This document shows, one piece after another, positions 19,529 through 28,021 of a stretch of DNA of 64,000 nucleotides. The notes beneath the pieces are model-generated. The model ran no database searches. It saw only the letters and a list, made by a program, of their open reading frames with translations, and had not been told where the DNA came from. The first letter of the stretch is position 1, and each line of letters opens with the position of its first letter. A program made the position numbers and the translations under genes. The stretch lies in IMG/VR virus record IMGVR_UViG_3300035661_000001, positions 186,001-250,000 of that record. One strand, written 5' to 3'.

Positions 19529-19629
19529 AAATATTCTTTCAGTACATATAAGTACTTGTAGCGGAACCTAAGAATATTTTATGCTGCTTTAAGGGGACTG
19601 ATATGATTCAGTCCCAAATTTATTATAAT

Positions 19630-19983
19630 GGGCTTGAAATAGATTCGACTCTGTATGATACGTTAGTGTGCAAGTGCCAAATGATTATCACTGGCTTAAA
19701 AATATAGTCAACGTATAGCTGCAAACGACAATGCAACTGCTCCTTACGCTCTAGCAGCTTGAGGATGTTCTTTAGATAAGGTATCTTTAGTAATCAAAAG
19801 AGCATTAACCCACCAAAGATAGCACCACATTGCTCAACGGATAATGGTTGCGAAATAAACAGAGATAGCTTATTGGGCGAATCCAATAAAATGTCGTTAA
19901 CTACATTAAAATTAACTAAACTTGTAAACGAATAGTAACCTTGATTATGGAACACCCCGGGGCGGTACCGGGCAGGTCCACAA
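19630..19983 (+). ncRNA. ssrA: tmRNA, one-piece; tag (A)ANDNATAPYALAA* at 19721-19762
   Basis: 5' GGGCTTG..GATTCGAC pairs with 3' CAGGTCC; T arm CCCGG-GGCGGTA-CCGGG; resume codon GCA; tag ends ALAA; full CCA not encoded. Confidence 0.92.
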
Positions 19984-19985
19984 AT

Positions 19986-20023
19986 AAAAAATCCCCGATG
20001 AAATTCGTCGGGGATTTTTTTTT
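19986..20023. terminator. Bidirectional intrinsic terminator between tmRNA and lysin
   Basis: A6-TCCCCGATGA-AAT-TCGTCGGGGA-T9. Confidence 0.9.
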
Positions 20024-20035
20024 ATATATTGTGTA

Positions 20036-20764
20036 TTATTTTTTACCAAACAACCCGGCAAAAAATTGAATAACGCTTGCCCAGGGAGATAGCGCTACAG
20101 GCATAACAACCACTGTAGAAGGCGGCTGGCTCGCTGCTGACGGGGCTTCCACAATAGGTACAACGACAGGTTCCTCAACAGGCGTGGACGCCTCTACCGG
20201 CTCAGTAGTTGTCAAGCCTATGACAATCTTTTCAAAAGAATCATCTTTCATAAACTTATTGAAATATATTCCTACAGCTTTAGCATAATCAGCTTCAGGT
20301 GCAGTATAATATCCAGCCAATTTCAATAAATGCGCGAAGCCCGTTGGACTCCCATCTTCAACAGCTTGCCAAGCCTTCTTGTATCTTTTGTTTTTTAAAA
20401 AGTCTACTTGAAAAGCAAATCCATCAGCGAGTGTAGGAAATGATCTAAACCAAGTAGCTTGATGTGGTGGTTGAAAAATTACTTTTTTTCCTCCAAGGAT
20501 TTCCCAAACATTATTTAACATCATGTATTGAACACCTTCATCAGCAGTCGTATCTTTGCTAGGAATATATTTAACATTTCCAATGTTATTATTCCACATA
20601 GATCCTGTGGAACCAGTTTCAATAGCTGTTTGAGCATAAAGAACAGCAATGGATGCTTTTTGAGGGAACACCCCAAATTGTTTTTTCCAGCCTTCCACAA
20701 AACCTTTGATTAAATCATAATTGCTATAAGTTGTTCTTACTGTTGGTACTAATTGAGCCGACAT
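20036..20764 (-). CDS. Putative peptidoglycan hydrolase (GH73/FlgJ-like glucosaminidase), candidate endolysin
   Basis: AQTAIETG, NNIGNVK, FRSFPT, AGYYTA; GGAGG SD; Pro/Val/Glu linker and amphipathic C-terminus. Confidence 0.65.
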   Translation of the reverse strand: MSAQLVPTVRTTYSNYDLIKGFVEGWKKQFGVFPQKASIAVLYAQTAIETGSTGSMWNNNIGNVKYIPSKDTTADEGVQYMMLNNVWEILGGKKVIFQPPHQATWFRSFPTLADGFAFQVDFLKNKRYKKAWQAVEDGSPTGFAHLLKLAGYYTAPEADYAKAVGIYFNKFMKDDSFEKIVIGLTTTEPVEASTPVEEPVVVPIVEAPSAASQPPSTVVVMPVALSPWASVIQFFAGLFGKK

Positions 20765-20831
20765 AATTGCCTCCTGAGCCTATGCATTTAAAATGATAAG
20801 GTTATATATAATTGTTCATAAAGGAGATAAT

Positions 20832-21170
20832 ATGACGTAGGTTAAATCTGGTGATAAATTGTATGTTGTAACTCGTAATGATTTAAATCATGGGCAACAA
20901 GCTTCACAAATATGTCACGCTATGAGACAGTTCATTTCAGAAAATTCTGAAGTTGAGAATAACTGGTTTTGTAATTCTAATTATATTTGTTTATTATCTG
21001 TGCCTTCGGAAGAAGAATTAAAAACTTTAATATTCAAAGCTATTAACAAAAATATAAAATATTCATTATTTAAAGAACCTGATTTAAATGATTCTATCAC
21101 TGCCGTTTGTTTTGAACCCAGTAAAATAACTAAAAGACTATTGTCAAAATTACAATTAGCATTTCAGTAA
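20832..21170 (+). CDS. PTH2-family peptidyl-tRNA hydrolase-like protein with an in-frame TAG at codon 3
   Basis: AAGGAG SD, then ATG ACG TAG GTT AAA TCT GGT GAT AAA TTG in frame with YVVTRNDL..GQQASQICHA...FKEPDL...TA. Confidence 0.75.
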
Positions 21171-21195
21171 TATACTAATACATCTGTATGTTATT

Positions 21196-21924
21196 ATGCC
21201 TTATAAAAGAACTTATACAATTGATCAATTTTACCAAGCAATAAAAGAATCTTTTTTCATGACTGATGCTTTAAGAAAACTAGAGTTAACCGGTGGAAGT
21301 GCACAATCATTCAAACGATTGTTAAATGAATTAAACCCAGATACTTCTCACTGGATTAACCCTCATACGTTAAAAATAAATAATTTAAAAAACATAAAAG
21401 AAATTCCTCTAGAAGATATTTTAGTAAAAGACAGTTCATATGTTTATTCTTCTTTAAAAGAAAAATTAATAAAAAACAAATTGCTTGAATATAAATGCAA
21501 TATTTGTTCTATAAAATCATGGAATAATAAAAATATAGTTTTACAGCTTGATCACATAAACGGTATTCATAATGATAATAGGATAGAAAACCTTAGATTA
21601 TTGTGTCCAAATTGCCATTCACAAACAGATAGTTTTTGTGGTAAATTAAAAAAAGAAAATTTGCCCAAATGTAAATATTGTGTAAATTCTGTTAGAGATA
21701 AACGTGCAAAAACTTGTCAAGCATGTTATTTATCTGGTGATTTTACAAAAATCAGTTGGCCATCAGATAATGAATTAAATGAATTAATATTAAATAATAA
21801 AATTAAAGATGTTGCAAAAATGTTAAATGTTAATGAATCTTCATTAAGATGGCGCCTGAAAAAGAGAAATATAATGATAAGCAAAACGAAAGAAATGATT
21901 AAATCATTTTTGTCCATGTTCTGA
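21196..21924 (+). CDS. HNH endonuclease
   Basis: CNIC, LQLDHINGIHNDNRIENLRLLCPNCHSQT; C-terminal helix-turn-helix. Confidence 0.9.
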   Translation: MPYKRTYTIDQFYQAIKESFFMTDALRKLELTGGSAQSFKRLLNELNPDTSHWINPHTLKINNLKNIKEIPLEDILVKDSSYVYSSLKEKLIKNKLLEYKCNICSIKSWNNKNIVLQLDHINGIHNDNRIENLRLLCPNCHSQTDSFCGKLKKENLPKCKYCVNSVRDKRAKTCQACYLSGDFTKISWPSDNELNELILNNKIKDVAKMLNVNESSLRWRLKKRNIMISKTKEMIKSFLSMF

Positions 21925-22048
21925 ATTAGGATGCTGCGAAAATCCAGATACCTATACACCAGAACATGATCCATGTATAGATATTTGTGAAGAGTGTTTT
22001 GTAACTGAGTGTAAAAATTGTAAACAATCTTGTTGTTGTGATTTATGA
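21899..22048 (+). other. Start-less Cys-rich open frame (12 Cys in 49 codons)
   Basis: LNHFCPCSELGCC...CIDICEEC...CKNCKQSCCCDL*, +1 frame relative to the HNH tail. Confidence 0.4.
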
Positions 22049-22332
22049 ATTTCAGTTCATCTCCGTTAAAAATTAGATTGGCGACTTGGAAAGATTGGGA
22101 TAGCGCTGCTTATGAGTTAGGCGTATGTTTAGGTTTGTGGGGTGATGCCGGTGCGCCTCTTTGGGAAGATCCATGGCATGGATTAAAACATATTTTTTGG
22201 ACAGCTAATCCTTTAGGAGAAGCATTGCACAATATGTTACTAGAGCTAGTAACAGCTGGTGTTTTAGAAGCTCAAGAAGACAAACTATCATTTAGGTGGA
22301 ATCCTAATTATGATGCAAATGATGTAGAATAA
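22045..22332 (+). CDS. Hypothetical protein
   Basis: ORF track. Confidence 0.6.
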   Translation: MNFSSSPLKIRLATWKDWDSAAYELGVCLGLWGDAGAPLWEDPWHGLKHIFWTANPLGEALHNMLLELVTAGVLEAQEDKLSFRWNPNYDANDVE

Positions 22333-22361
22333 AAAATTAGTATTGGGGCTGAGTAAATAGT

Positions 22362-22580
22362 ATGTATATTTTCATAATTTATATAATTGTATTAGTAATA
22401 ATATTAGCTATTATATCTTATAATTTAGGTGTAAATGATAGGCTTAAAAGAGTACAACCAGAATATGATTTTTATTTTTTGATATCATTAGGCTGGCCAC
22501 TTGTACTAATTTTATTGATATTGGGCGTCCCATTTTATTTGATTTTTAAAATCGGGCAAAATTCATCTAAAAAGGATTAA
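22362..22580 (+). CDS. Small membrane protein
   Basis: Two hydrophobic helices. Confidence 0.55.
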   Translation: MYIFIIYIIVLVIILAIISYNLGVNDRLKRVQPEYDFYFLISLGWPLVLILLILGVPFYLIFKIGQNSSKKD

Positions 22581-22586
22581 TGTTTA

Positions 22587-22781
22587 ATGATTTTTAATAT
22601 TATTTTTGCTATCTATTTTTTGTTTTGTGTAACGGTAATACTAGGTGGGTATTTTATTTTAAGTATATATAAAGGATACTTACATAGTAAAAATAGGAAA
22701 TTAGACATATTGACTCAATCCGAAATTGAACAATTATTATTTATGGCTTTCCTTTTGTCATTATCTGTTTTTTTATTTTGA
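22587..22781 (+). CDS. Small membrane protein
   Basis: Two hydrophobic helices. Confidence 0.5.
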   Translation: MIFNIIFAIYFLFCVTVILGGYFILSIYKGYLHSKNRKLDILTQSEIEQLLFMAFLLSLSVFLF

Positions 22782-22850
22782 TGCTTGCGAAAATTCCTTT
22801 TTGGGTTGGTCAAATTGTCGGTAAAATCATAAAATGATATATGATATCTT

Positions 22851-23021
22851 ATGACAAGAGCAGAAATTCAAAACAAAATTAGAGTTATTAGAGATGAATT
22901 GGAAAATCGCCATAAATATGGCACGGTTAAAATAGCCGATTCAAAAGGTACCCCGATACCTGCAGAAAAATTACAAGCAGAGCTTTATTCACTTATTTAT
23001 AAAATGAGTAGGTATGAGTAA
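22851..23021 (+). CDS. Small hypothetical protein (56 aa, not in ORF track)
   Basis: MTRAEIQNKIRVIRDELENRH...KMSRYE; fills the gap and overlaps the next start. Confidence 0.6.
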   Translation: MTRAEIQNKIRVIRDELENRHKYGTVKIADSKGTPIPAEKLQAELYSLIYKMSRYE

Positions 23022-23478
23022 ATTAATCTTATCTATAGAACTTGTACCAAAATCTAGTTGGCTTAATAATGTAAGAGCCATTGTATCTCAGCAACAATGG
23101 GACATCATTCGAAGTAGAGTTTATTCAAAATTTTATAATATGTGCGAAATATGTGGTGGTGTTGGTCCTAAACATCCCGTAGAATGCCATGAAGTTTGGT
23201 CATATGATGATGAAACTAATATTCAAAAATTAGAAAGTATGACAGCGTTATGCCCTAATTGTCATATGGTTAAACATATAGGATTAGCACAAATTAACGG
23301 TAATTATCAAAAGGCTTTAAGCCATTTTATGTCAATAAATGGCTTGGGTAAAGACAAAGCGGTTAAATTAATCAATGATTCTTTCGTTTTATGGCAGAAG
23401 AGATCTAAGAAAAAATGGACGATAGACGTATCTTCTCTAAAAGAATTTGGTATTGATATAGAAAGTTTTAAAAAATGA
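23014..23478 (+). CDS. HNH-like nuclease domain protein
   Basis: CEICG, ECHE.W.Y, LCPNCHMVKH. Confidence 0.75.
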   Translation: MSKLILSIELVPKSSWLNNVRAIVSQQQWDIIRSRVYSKFYNMCEICGGVGPKHPVECHEVWSYDDETNIQKLESMTALCPNCHMVKHIGLAQINGNYQKALSHFMSINGLGKDKAVKLINDSFVLWQKRSKKKWTIDVSSLKEFGIDIESFKK

Positions 23479-23900
23479 AATGTCCGACTTGCTTATCTAT
23501 TATGAAATGTATTTCTGCTATAAATCCTGTTCCAGGTCAACCTGGAAAAGATCGCATGGACCTACATTGTTATAACAGAGAGGATCCAAAATCACCTAAT
23601 ATGTGTAGAGCAAGAGCACATATGGGTGTAATAACGGAAGATCCTAAAGAATGGGTATGTCATGAATATAATCTTTCATTTAAACATAATGAAAATTTAT
23701 TTTATTTAATTGGTTATGATAAATTAGTGGATCCTTATTTTCAGAGAAGACCTGTCGAGGAAAGCTATACTATTTTATCTGATGTTTTTGGAAGAGAAAT
23801 GGTAAAAGTAAATTTTGTTCCAATTTCGACTGGTGATGATATGCATGAACGGGCATATGATTTGTTTCATAGCCTACCGGATCAGGCACCAATTTCCTAA
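23475..23900 (+). CDS. Hypothetical protein; last 10 codons derive from a tRNA remnant
   Basis: CPTC N-terminus; stop TAA lies in the anticodon loop of the tRNA-Arg relic. Confidence 0.6.
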   Translation: MKCPTCLSIMKCISAINPVPGQPGKDRMDLHCYNREDPKSPNMCRARAHMGVITEDPKEWVCHEYNLSFKHNENLFYLIGYDKLVDPYFQRRPVEESYTILSDVFGREMVKVNFVPISTGDDMHERAYDLFHSLPDQAPIS

Positions 23901-23935
23901 ATTGTTTTAAATAGGTTCGATTCCTATTAGGGATA
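23870..23935 (+). pseudogene. tRNA-Arg(CCU) remnant lacking the 5' acceptor strand
   Basis: D arm GCCT/AGGC, anticodon arm CAAT-TTCCTAA-ATTG, T arm ATAGG-TTCGATT-CCTAT, 3' strand TAGGGAT with no matching 5' strand. Confidence 0.75.
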
Positions 23936-23957
23936 CTATAATGTTATATATGAACAT

Positions 23958-24677
23958 ATGAAGACGGCTCTATGTTTATCAGGTCATATAAGAAGCTATA
24001 AATCAGCTTATAAAATAATGTTTGACAAGATTATTCAACCATTAAATTGCGATATTTTTATTCATACTTGGGACACAGAGGGATTCGATGTCGTTCGTGG
24101 AGATCAACATTTAATGGATACCAATGTTGACGAGAATGAATTAAAAGATTTTTATCAAGCAAAAGATGTTGCGGTAGAAAAGATGAAAATATTTGATACT
24201 GATAAATATCAAGGTCGATTAGGTCCCGGCACGAGAAATAAAAATACTGTTATTTCAATGTTTGATGGAATCAAACAATCAAATGATTTAAAATCTTCGT
24301 ATGAAATTTCGAATAACATAAAATATGACATAACTATTAGGGCTAGACCAGATTTATTAATTAATCATTTTGATTGTCAATTTTTAAATGATAATAAAAA
24401 TGGAATTTACTTTCCAAAAGCTGGTAACTATCATGGATTAAATGATCAGTTCGCTTTCGGTAAATCAGAGTATATTGATTTTTATTCTGATTTTTATTCA
24501 AATTTAGATCATTTTTTTAATTTAGGATGTCCTTGGCATCCTGAGTCAATTGTAAAATTTGGAATGGTCCAAAATAAAATACCTATTTTAAGAAGCAATA
24601 TAAAATATGGTATTTTAAGAGCAAATGGCGATATATTTTATAATGCTCAAGAGAGACGTTTTGGCGATGAATTTTGA
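23958..24677 (+). CDS. Putative glycosyltransferase-like protein
   Basis: ALCLSGHIRS, DIFIHTW, YDITIRARPD, NDQFAFG, HPE. Confidence 0.6.
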   Translation: MKTALCLSGHIRSYKSAYKIMFDKIIQPLNCDIFIHTWDTEGFDVVRGDQHLMDTNVDENELKDFYQAKDVAVEKMKIFDTDKYQGRLGPGTRNKNTVISMFDGIKQSNDLKSSYEISNNIKYDITIRARPDLLINHFDCQFLNDNKNGIYFPKAGNYHGLNDQFAFGKSEYIDFYSDFYSNLDHFFNLGCPWHPESIVKFGMVQNKIPILRSNIKYGILRANGDIFYNAQERRFGDEF

Positions 24678-25848
24678 TAAATCAGTAGACTTAACTATCA
24701 TTAGCAACATACTAATGGCTGATGGTATTGGCAGACAAGGATTAGGATTAATCGAAGCTGTAAATGATAAATTATCATTGAATGTTTTACAGTTACCTCC
24801 TAAATCTTATAAAGACATTTCGCCGGAAGTATTGAAAGTTCTTATAAAACCTTTCAATAATTTTGGCAAAATTGCTTTTTGGACTTCGATTCTAGGAACA
24901 AATGCTGCTTCAATAAAACAGCACTCAGCAATTACATCTCCATTAAAAATTGCATACTCTATGTTTGAATCAGATGCAATACCAAAAATATGGGTAGATA
25001 CATTAAATTCAATTTATGACATGGTCATTGTGCCTGATAATTACTTGGTATCAATTTATGTTAATTCTGGAGTAAAAATACCAATTTTTGTCATACCTCT
25101 AGGTATTTATGTACAAGACTTATTAAATTTACCTTTTAAATCTGCCGCAGGAAATCCATTTACATTTGGTATGTCCGCTGGATTTTGGAAACGTAAAAAT
25201 CATATTAAATTATTAGAGGCATTTTCAAAAAGATTTGGAAATGATGAAAAATTCAAATTAAAATTACATGGCAGATTTGGTCCTTTTAAATCAGAAGTAG
25301 AAAAAGCAGTAAAAGAATTAGGGTTAAAAAATGTAGAATTATTCTCTACTCCTTTTTCTGTAAAAGATTACAATCAATTTATGAATGAAATTGATTGTTA
25401 CGTTTTCCCTTCCATGGGTGAAGGGTTCTCTGTAACTCCTAGAGAGTCTTTAGCTTTAGGTAAACCTTGTATAGTAACAAATAACACGGCGCATAAAACT
25501 ATTTGTGATAGTGGATATGTTGTTCCTTTACTTGCAAATAAAAAAATACCAGCGGTATATGAAGTATTTGGAAACCAAATTATTGGTAATTTTTATGACT
25601 GCGACGTAAATGATTTATCAAAATCAATGATGAATGTTTATGATAATTTTGATGAATTTTCAAAAAAAGCCCAACTCGGAAGAGAATGGGTTAAACAATA
25701 TTTATGGTCTGAGTTAGCACCGACATATTTGAATATTTTCAAACCAAAATTAATTGAATTAAAAAAATCAAATGTAGTTAATAAGAATGGATTTCAAACT
25801 AACAACGAGAATCTCTTTCGTAAAATGCAGGAGTTATTAAATGATTAA
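24667..25848 (+). CDS. Glycosyltransferase family 4 (GT-B)
   Basis: YSMFES, RKNH, FPSMGEGFS..PRE (EX7E). Confidence 0.85.
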   Translation: MNFDKSVDLTIISNILMADGIGRQGLGLIEAVNDKLSLNVLQLPPKSYKDISPEVLKVLIKPFNNFGKIAFWTSILGTNAASIKQHSAITSPLKIAYSMFESDAIPKIWVDTLNSIYDMVIVPDNYLVSIYVNSGVKIPIFVIPLGIYVQDLLNLPFKSAAGNPFTFGMSAGFWKRKNHIKLLEAFSKRFGNDEKFKLKLHGRFGPFKSEVEKAVKELGLKNVELFSTPFSVKDYNQFMNEIDCYVFPSMGEGFSVTPRESLALGKPCIVTNNTAHKTICDSGYVVPLLANKKIPAVYEVFGNQIIGNFYDCDVNDLSKSMMNVYDNFDEFSKKAQLGREWVKQYLWSELAPTYLNIFKPKLIELKKSNVVNKNGFQTNNENLFRKMQELLND

Positions 25849-26626
25849 TAACAATATAGTTACCTGGTCAGTTATAAATGATGAAATATCATTTATTGAT
25901 GATTTAATTAAATTTCATTTAACTTGGGTTGATGCTATGTATTTTTTGGATACAGGCAGCCAAGATGGCACATTAGAAATATTGAAAAAGTATAGTGCCC
26001 AAGACTCTAGAATTATCGTTGAAGAATATACTACGAAGTATGTCTCTCAGTACGAGGTCGGCTGGTTCGATATGCAGGATCCTTTCCCTGAAATTACAGT
26101 AAGGAATTTTGCGATTAATCGTACGGAGAGCTTGTTGAAACCCAATTGGATGATTCAATTAGATGGTGATGAAGTTTACACATCTAACGTTAAAAACATA
26201 CTAATGGATAATGAAAAATATTCATGTATAGGGCATAGCACTATAGACCCTATAGTAAGTTTAGATAAATTGCCCAAAGAACGAAGAGGCAATTATATTT
26301 TACATGACCCTCATGTAAGAATTTGGAAAGCTAATCAAAATTTTCATTATATAGAAAATCCAGCATTTCCTGGACATCACTATCATTGTATTCCAACTTG
26401 GGATGGTAGAAAAGCTCATTTGTTTCATCATCCAAAAACATTGTTTGTAAATGAAATTTTCGATTTCCATTTACATTGGATGTATGGAAAAAAAATAGAA
26501 TCATTTTTTAATAAAATCAATATTTTTGATAAAAAAATTATGATTCAAGATCAAGAATTAAATGAATATAGTAATATGTTGCCCGACATTTTTTGGGAAA
26601 ACCGTAAAAAATGGTTAGAGGATTGA
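25841..26626 (+). CDS. Glycosyltransferase family 2-like (GT-A)
   Basis: DTGSQDGT, RN.A, LDGDE. Confidence 0.75.
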   Translation: MINNNIVTWSVINDEISFIDDLIKFHLTWVDAMYFLDTGSQDGTLEILKKYSAQDSRIIVEEYTTKYVSQYEVGWFDMQDPFPEITVRNFAINRTESLLKPNWMIQLDGDEVYTSNVKNILMDNEKYSCIGHSTIDPIVSLDKLPKERRGNYILHDPHVRIWKANQNFHYIENPAFPGHHYHCIPTWDGRKAHLFHHPKTLFVNEIFDFHLHWMYGKKIESFFNKINIFDKKIMIQDQELNEYSNMLPDIFWENRKKWLED

Positions 26627-26638
26627 GAAAATAAAATT

Positions 26639-26833
26639 ATGTCTAATAAAAATGTTACAATTGATTTGAAAGCCCGCAAAGACGTTGATGGTCAAACTTT
26701 TTATGTTGGAAAAATCAAAGCCCCTGTCTTGATTGATTGTGCTGCAGGAGCAGTATTCCTAGTTTTCGTTTCTGATAAGGGCGAAGAACAACTTCAAATA
26801 GCATTAATGGATAATAAAGACTTGGATGATTAA
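26639..26833 (+). CDS. Hypothetical protein
   Basis: ORF track. Confidence 0.6.
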   Translation: MSNKNVTIDLKARKDVDGQTFYVGKIKAPVLIDCAAGAVFLVFVSDKGEEQLQIALMDNKDLDD

Positions 26834-26835
26834 CA

Positions 26836-27132
26836 ATGCATTTTGAAGAACTATGGGAGTTATGTGAAAAATTCTATCAGGATAATGATACACATAACTC
26901 TTCACAAGAAATTATTAACGAGATGTCTATGAAAATAGATTTATATCGTATGCTCGATAAAAAAGAAATTGATCCTGAAGAGATTAAAAAAATAAAATCT
27001 CGCTTGTTCGGCGAGATTCTATTGACACTCACTAATTTGTCATTAACAGACAATATTAATGTATTTGAAGCGCTTTCAGTTGCGCTTCAAATGCGCAGTA
27101 TGGATATGTATACGAAAAAATATCAAGAATGA
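26836..27132 (+). CDS. Hypothetical protein, possible degenerate MazG-like fold
   Basis: GEILLTL.NL...NINVFEAL resembles the MazG C-terminal helices. Confidence 0.4.
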   Translation: MHFEELWELCEKFYQDNDTHNSSQEIINEMSMKIDLYRMLDKKEIDPEEIKKIKSRLFGEILLTLTNLSLTDNINVFEALSVALQMRSMDMYTKKYQE

Positions 27133-27133
27133 T

Positions 27134-27487
27134 TTACAGTTTAAAACTTACAGCCGTAACGCCGTATTTGTTTTTTAGAGCGCCTTCAATCATTCCTTGA
27201 GAAGCTTGCCATTTAGAAGAAAATTCTTCTGGGATAGTCAAGCCAACCACCAATACTTTTCCAGCAGCAGCAGGAGCTATTTTAGCATAGTGTACTTGGG
27301 GCTTGGCTCCGAATTGAGGTTTAGCTCCTTTTCCAAAAAGAATATCATAGATATCTGCCTCAACTGAAGCTCTCATATCCATTTGAGGAACTGCTCCAAC
27401 ATTTTGTTGAGCAAGTTTAGTAATTATTTGTTGTTGTTGAGCGACGACTCTGAATAATTTATTCATTATCTCTTTATCATTTGACAT
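27134..27487 (-). CDS. Hypothetical protein (possible virion protein)
   Basis: ORF track; KLAQ motif after an N-terminal helix. Confidence 0.55.
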   Translation of the reverse strand: MSNDKEIMNKLFRVVAQQQQIITKLAQQNVGAVPQMDMRASVEADIYDILFGKGAKPQFGAKPQVHYAKIAPAAAGKVLVVGLTIPEEFSSKWQASQGMIEGALKNKYGVTAVSFKL

Positions 27488-27520
27488 TTGTGATTCCTTT
27501 AAATTGTGGTGAGTGCCTGA

Positions 27521-27964
27521 TCATCCCTGTAATGTTTGTTGTAATAAATAAGCTGATTCTTCGGTACTGCTAGCAATTGACATAATCATATCATCTAGCC
27601 CAAGAGTCATCTTTCCTTCTTCCTGAAAGCAATCATATGCTTCTTTCGAGAATTTTAAAAAATCTTTAACAGCAGCTAATGACATTTCTATCGGAGATCC
27701 TTCCAAATTTTTATATCTCAATAAAACTTTATTCAAAAGCTCTGTCTGTAAGTCATAATTCATACATTCGTCACTAAATAAACCAATGAATTTTTCTGCC
27801 GAAGTATCCAAATTTTCCTGAGTATCATTATAAAGACGCTCAAATAATAAATGTTCACCATAAAACATCTCACCATTGGTAGTCCAATGATTATGTTGAT
27901 GTATCAAAGCCAGAGCTTTTAATGTGGCTACATAAAGAGCAGCTACTTTTAAACACTTATCCAT
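27521..27964 (-). CDS. Dps/ferritin-like protein
   Basis: HW...G..FYGEHLLFERLY...D..AE. Confidence 0.8.
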   Translation of the reverse strand: MDKCLKVAALYVATLKALALIHQHNHWTTNGEMFYGEHLLFERLYNDTQENLDTSAEKFIGLFSDECMNYDLQTELLNKVLLRYKNLEGSPIEMSLAAVKDFLKFSKEAYDCFQEEGKMTLGLDDMIMSIASSTEESAYLLQQTLQG

Positions 27965-28021
27965 AATATAGTCTCGATATTAAACAAACGTATCCAAATA
28001 CATTTTTATTGGCATGTTTTT

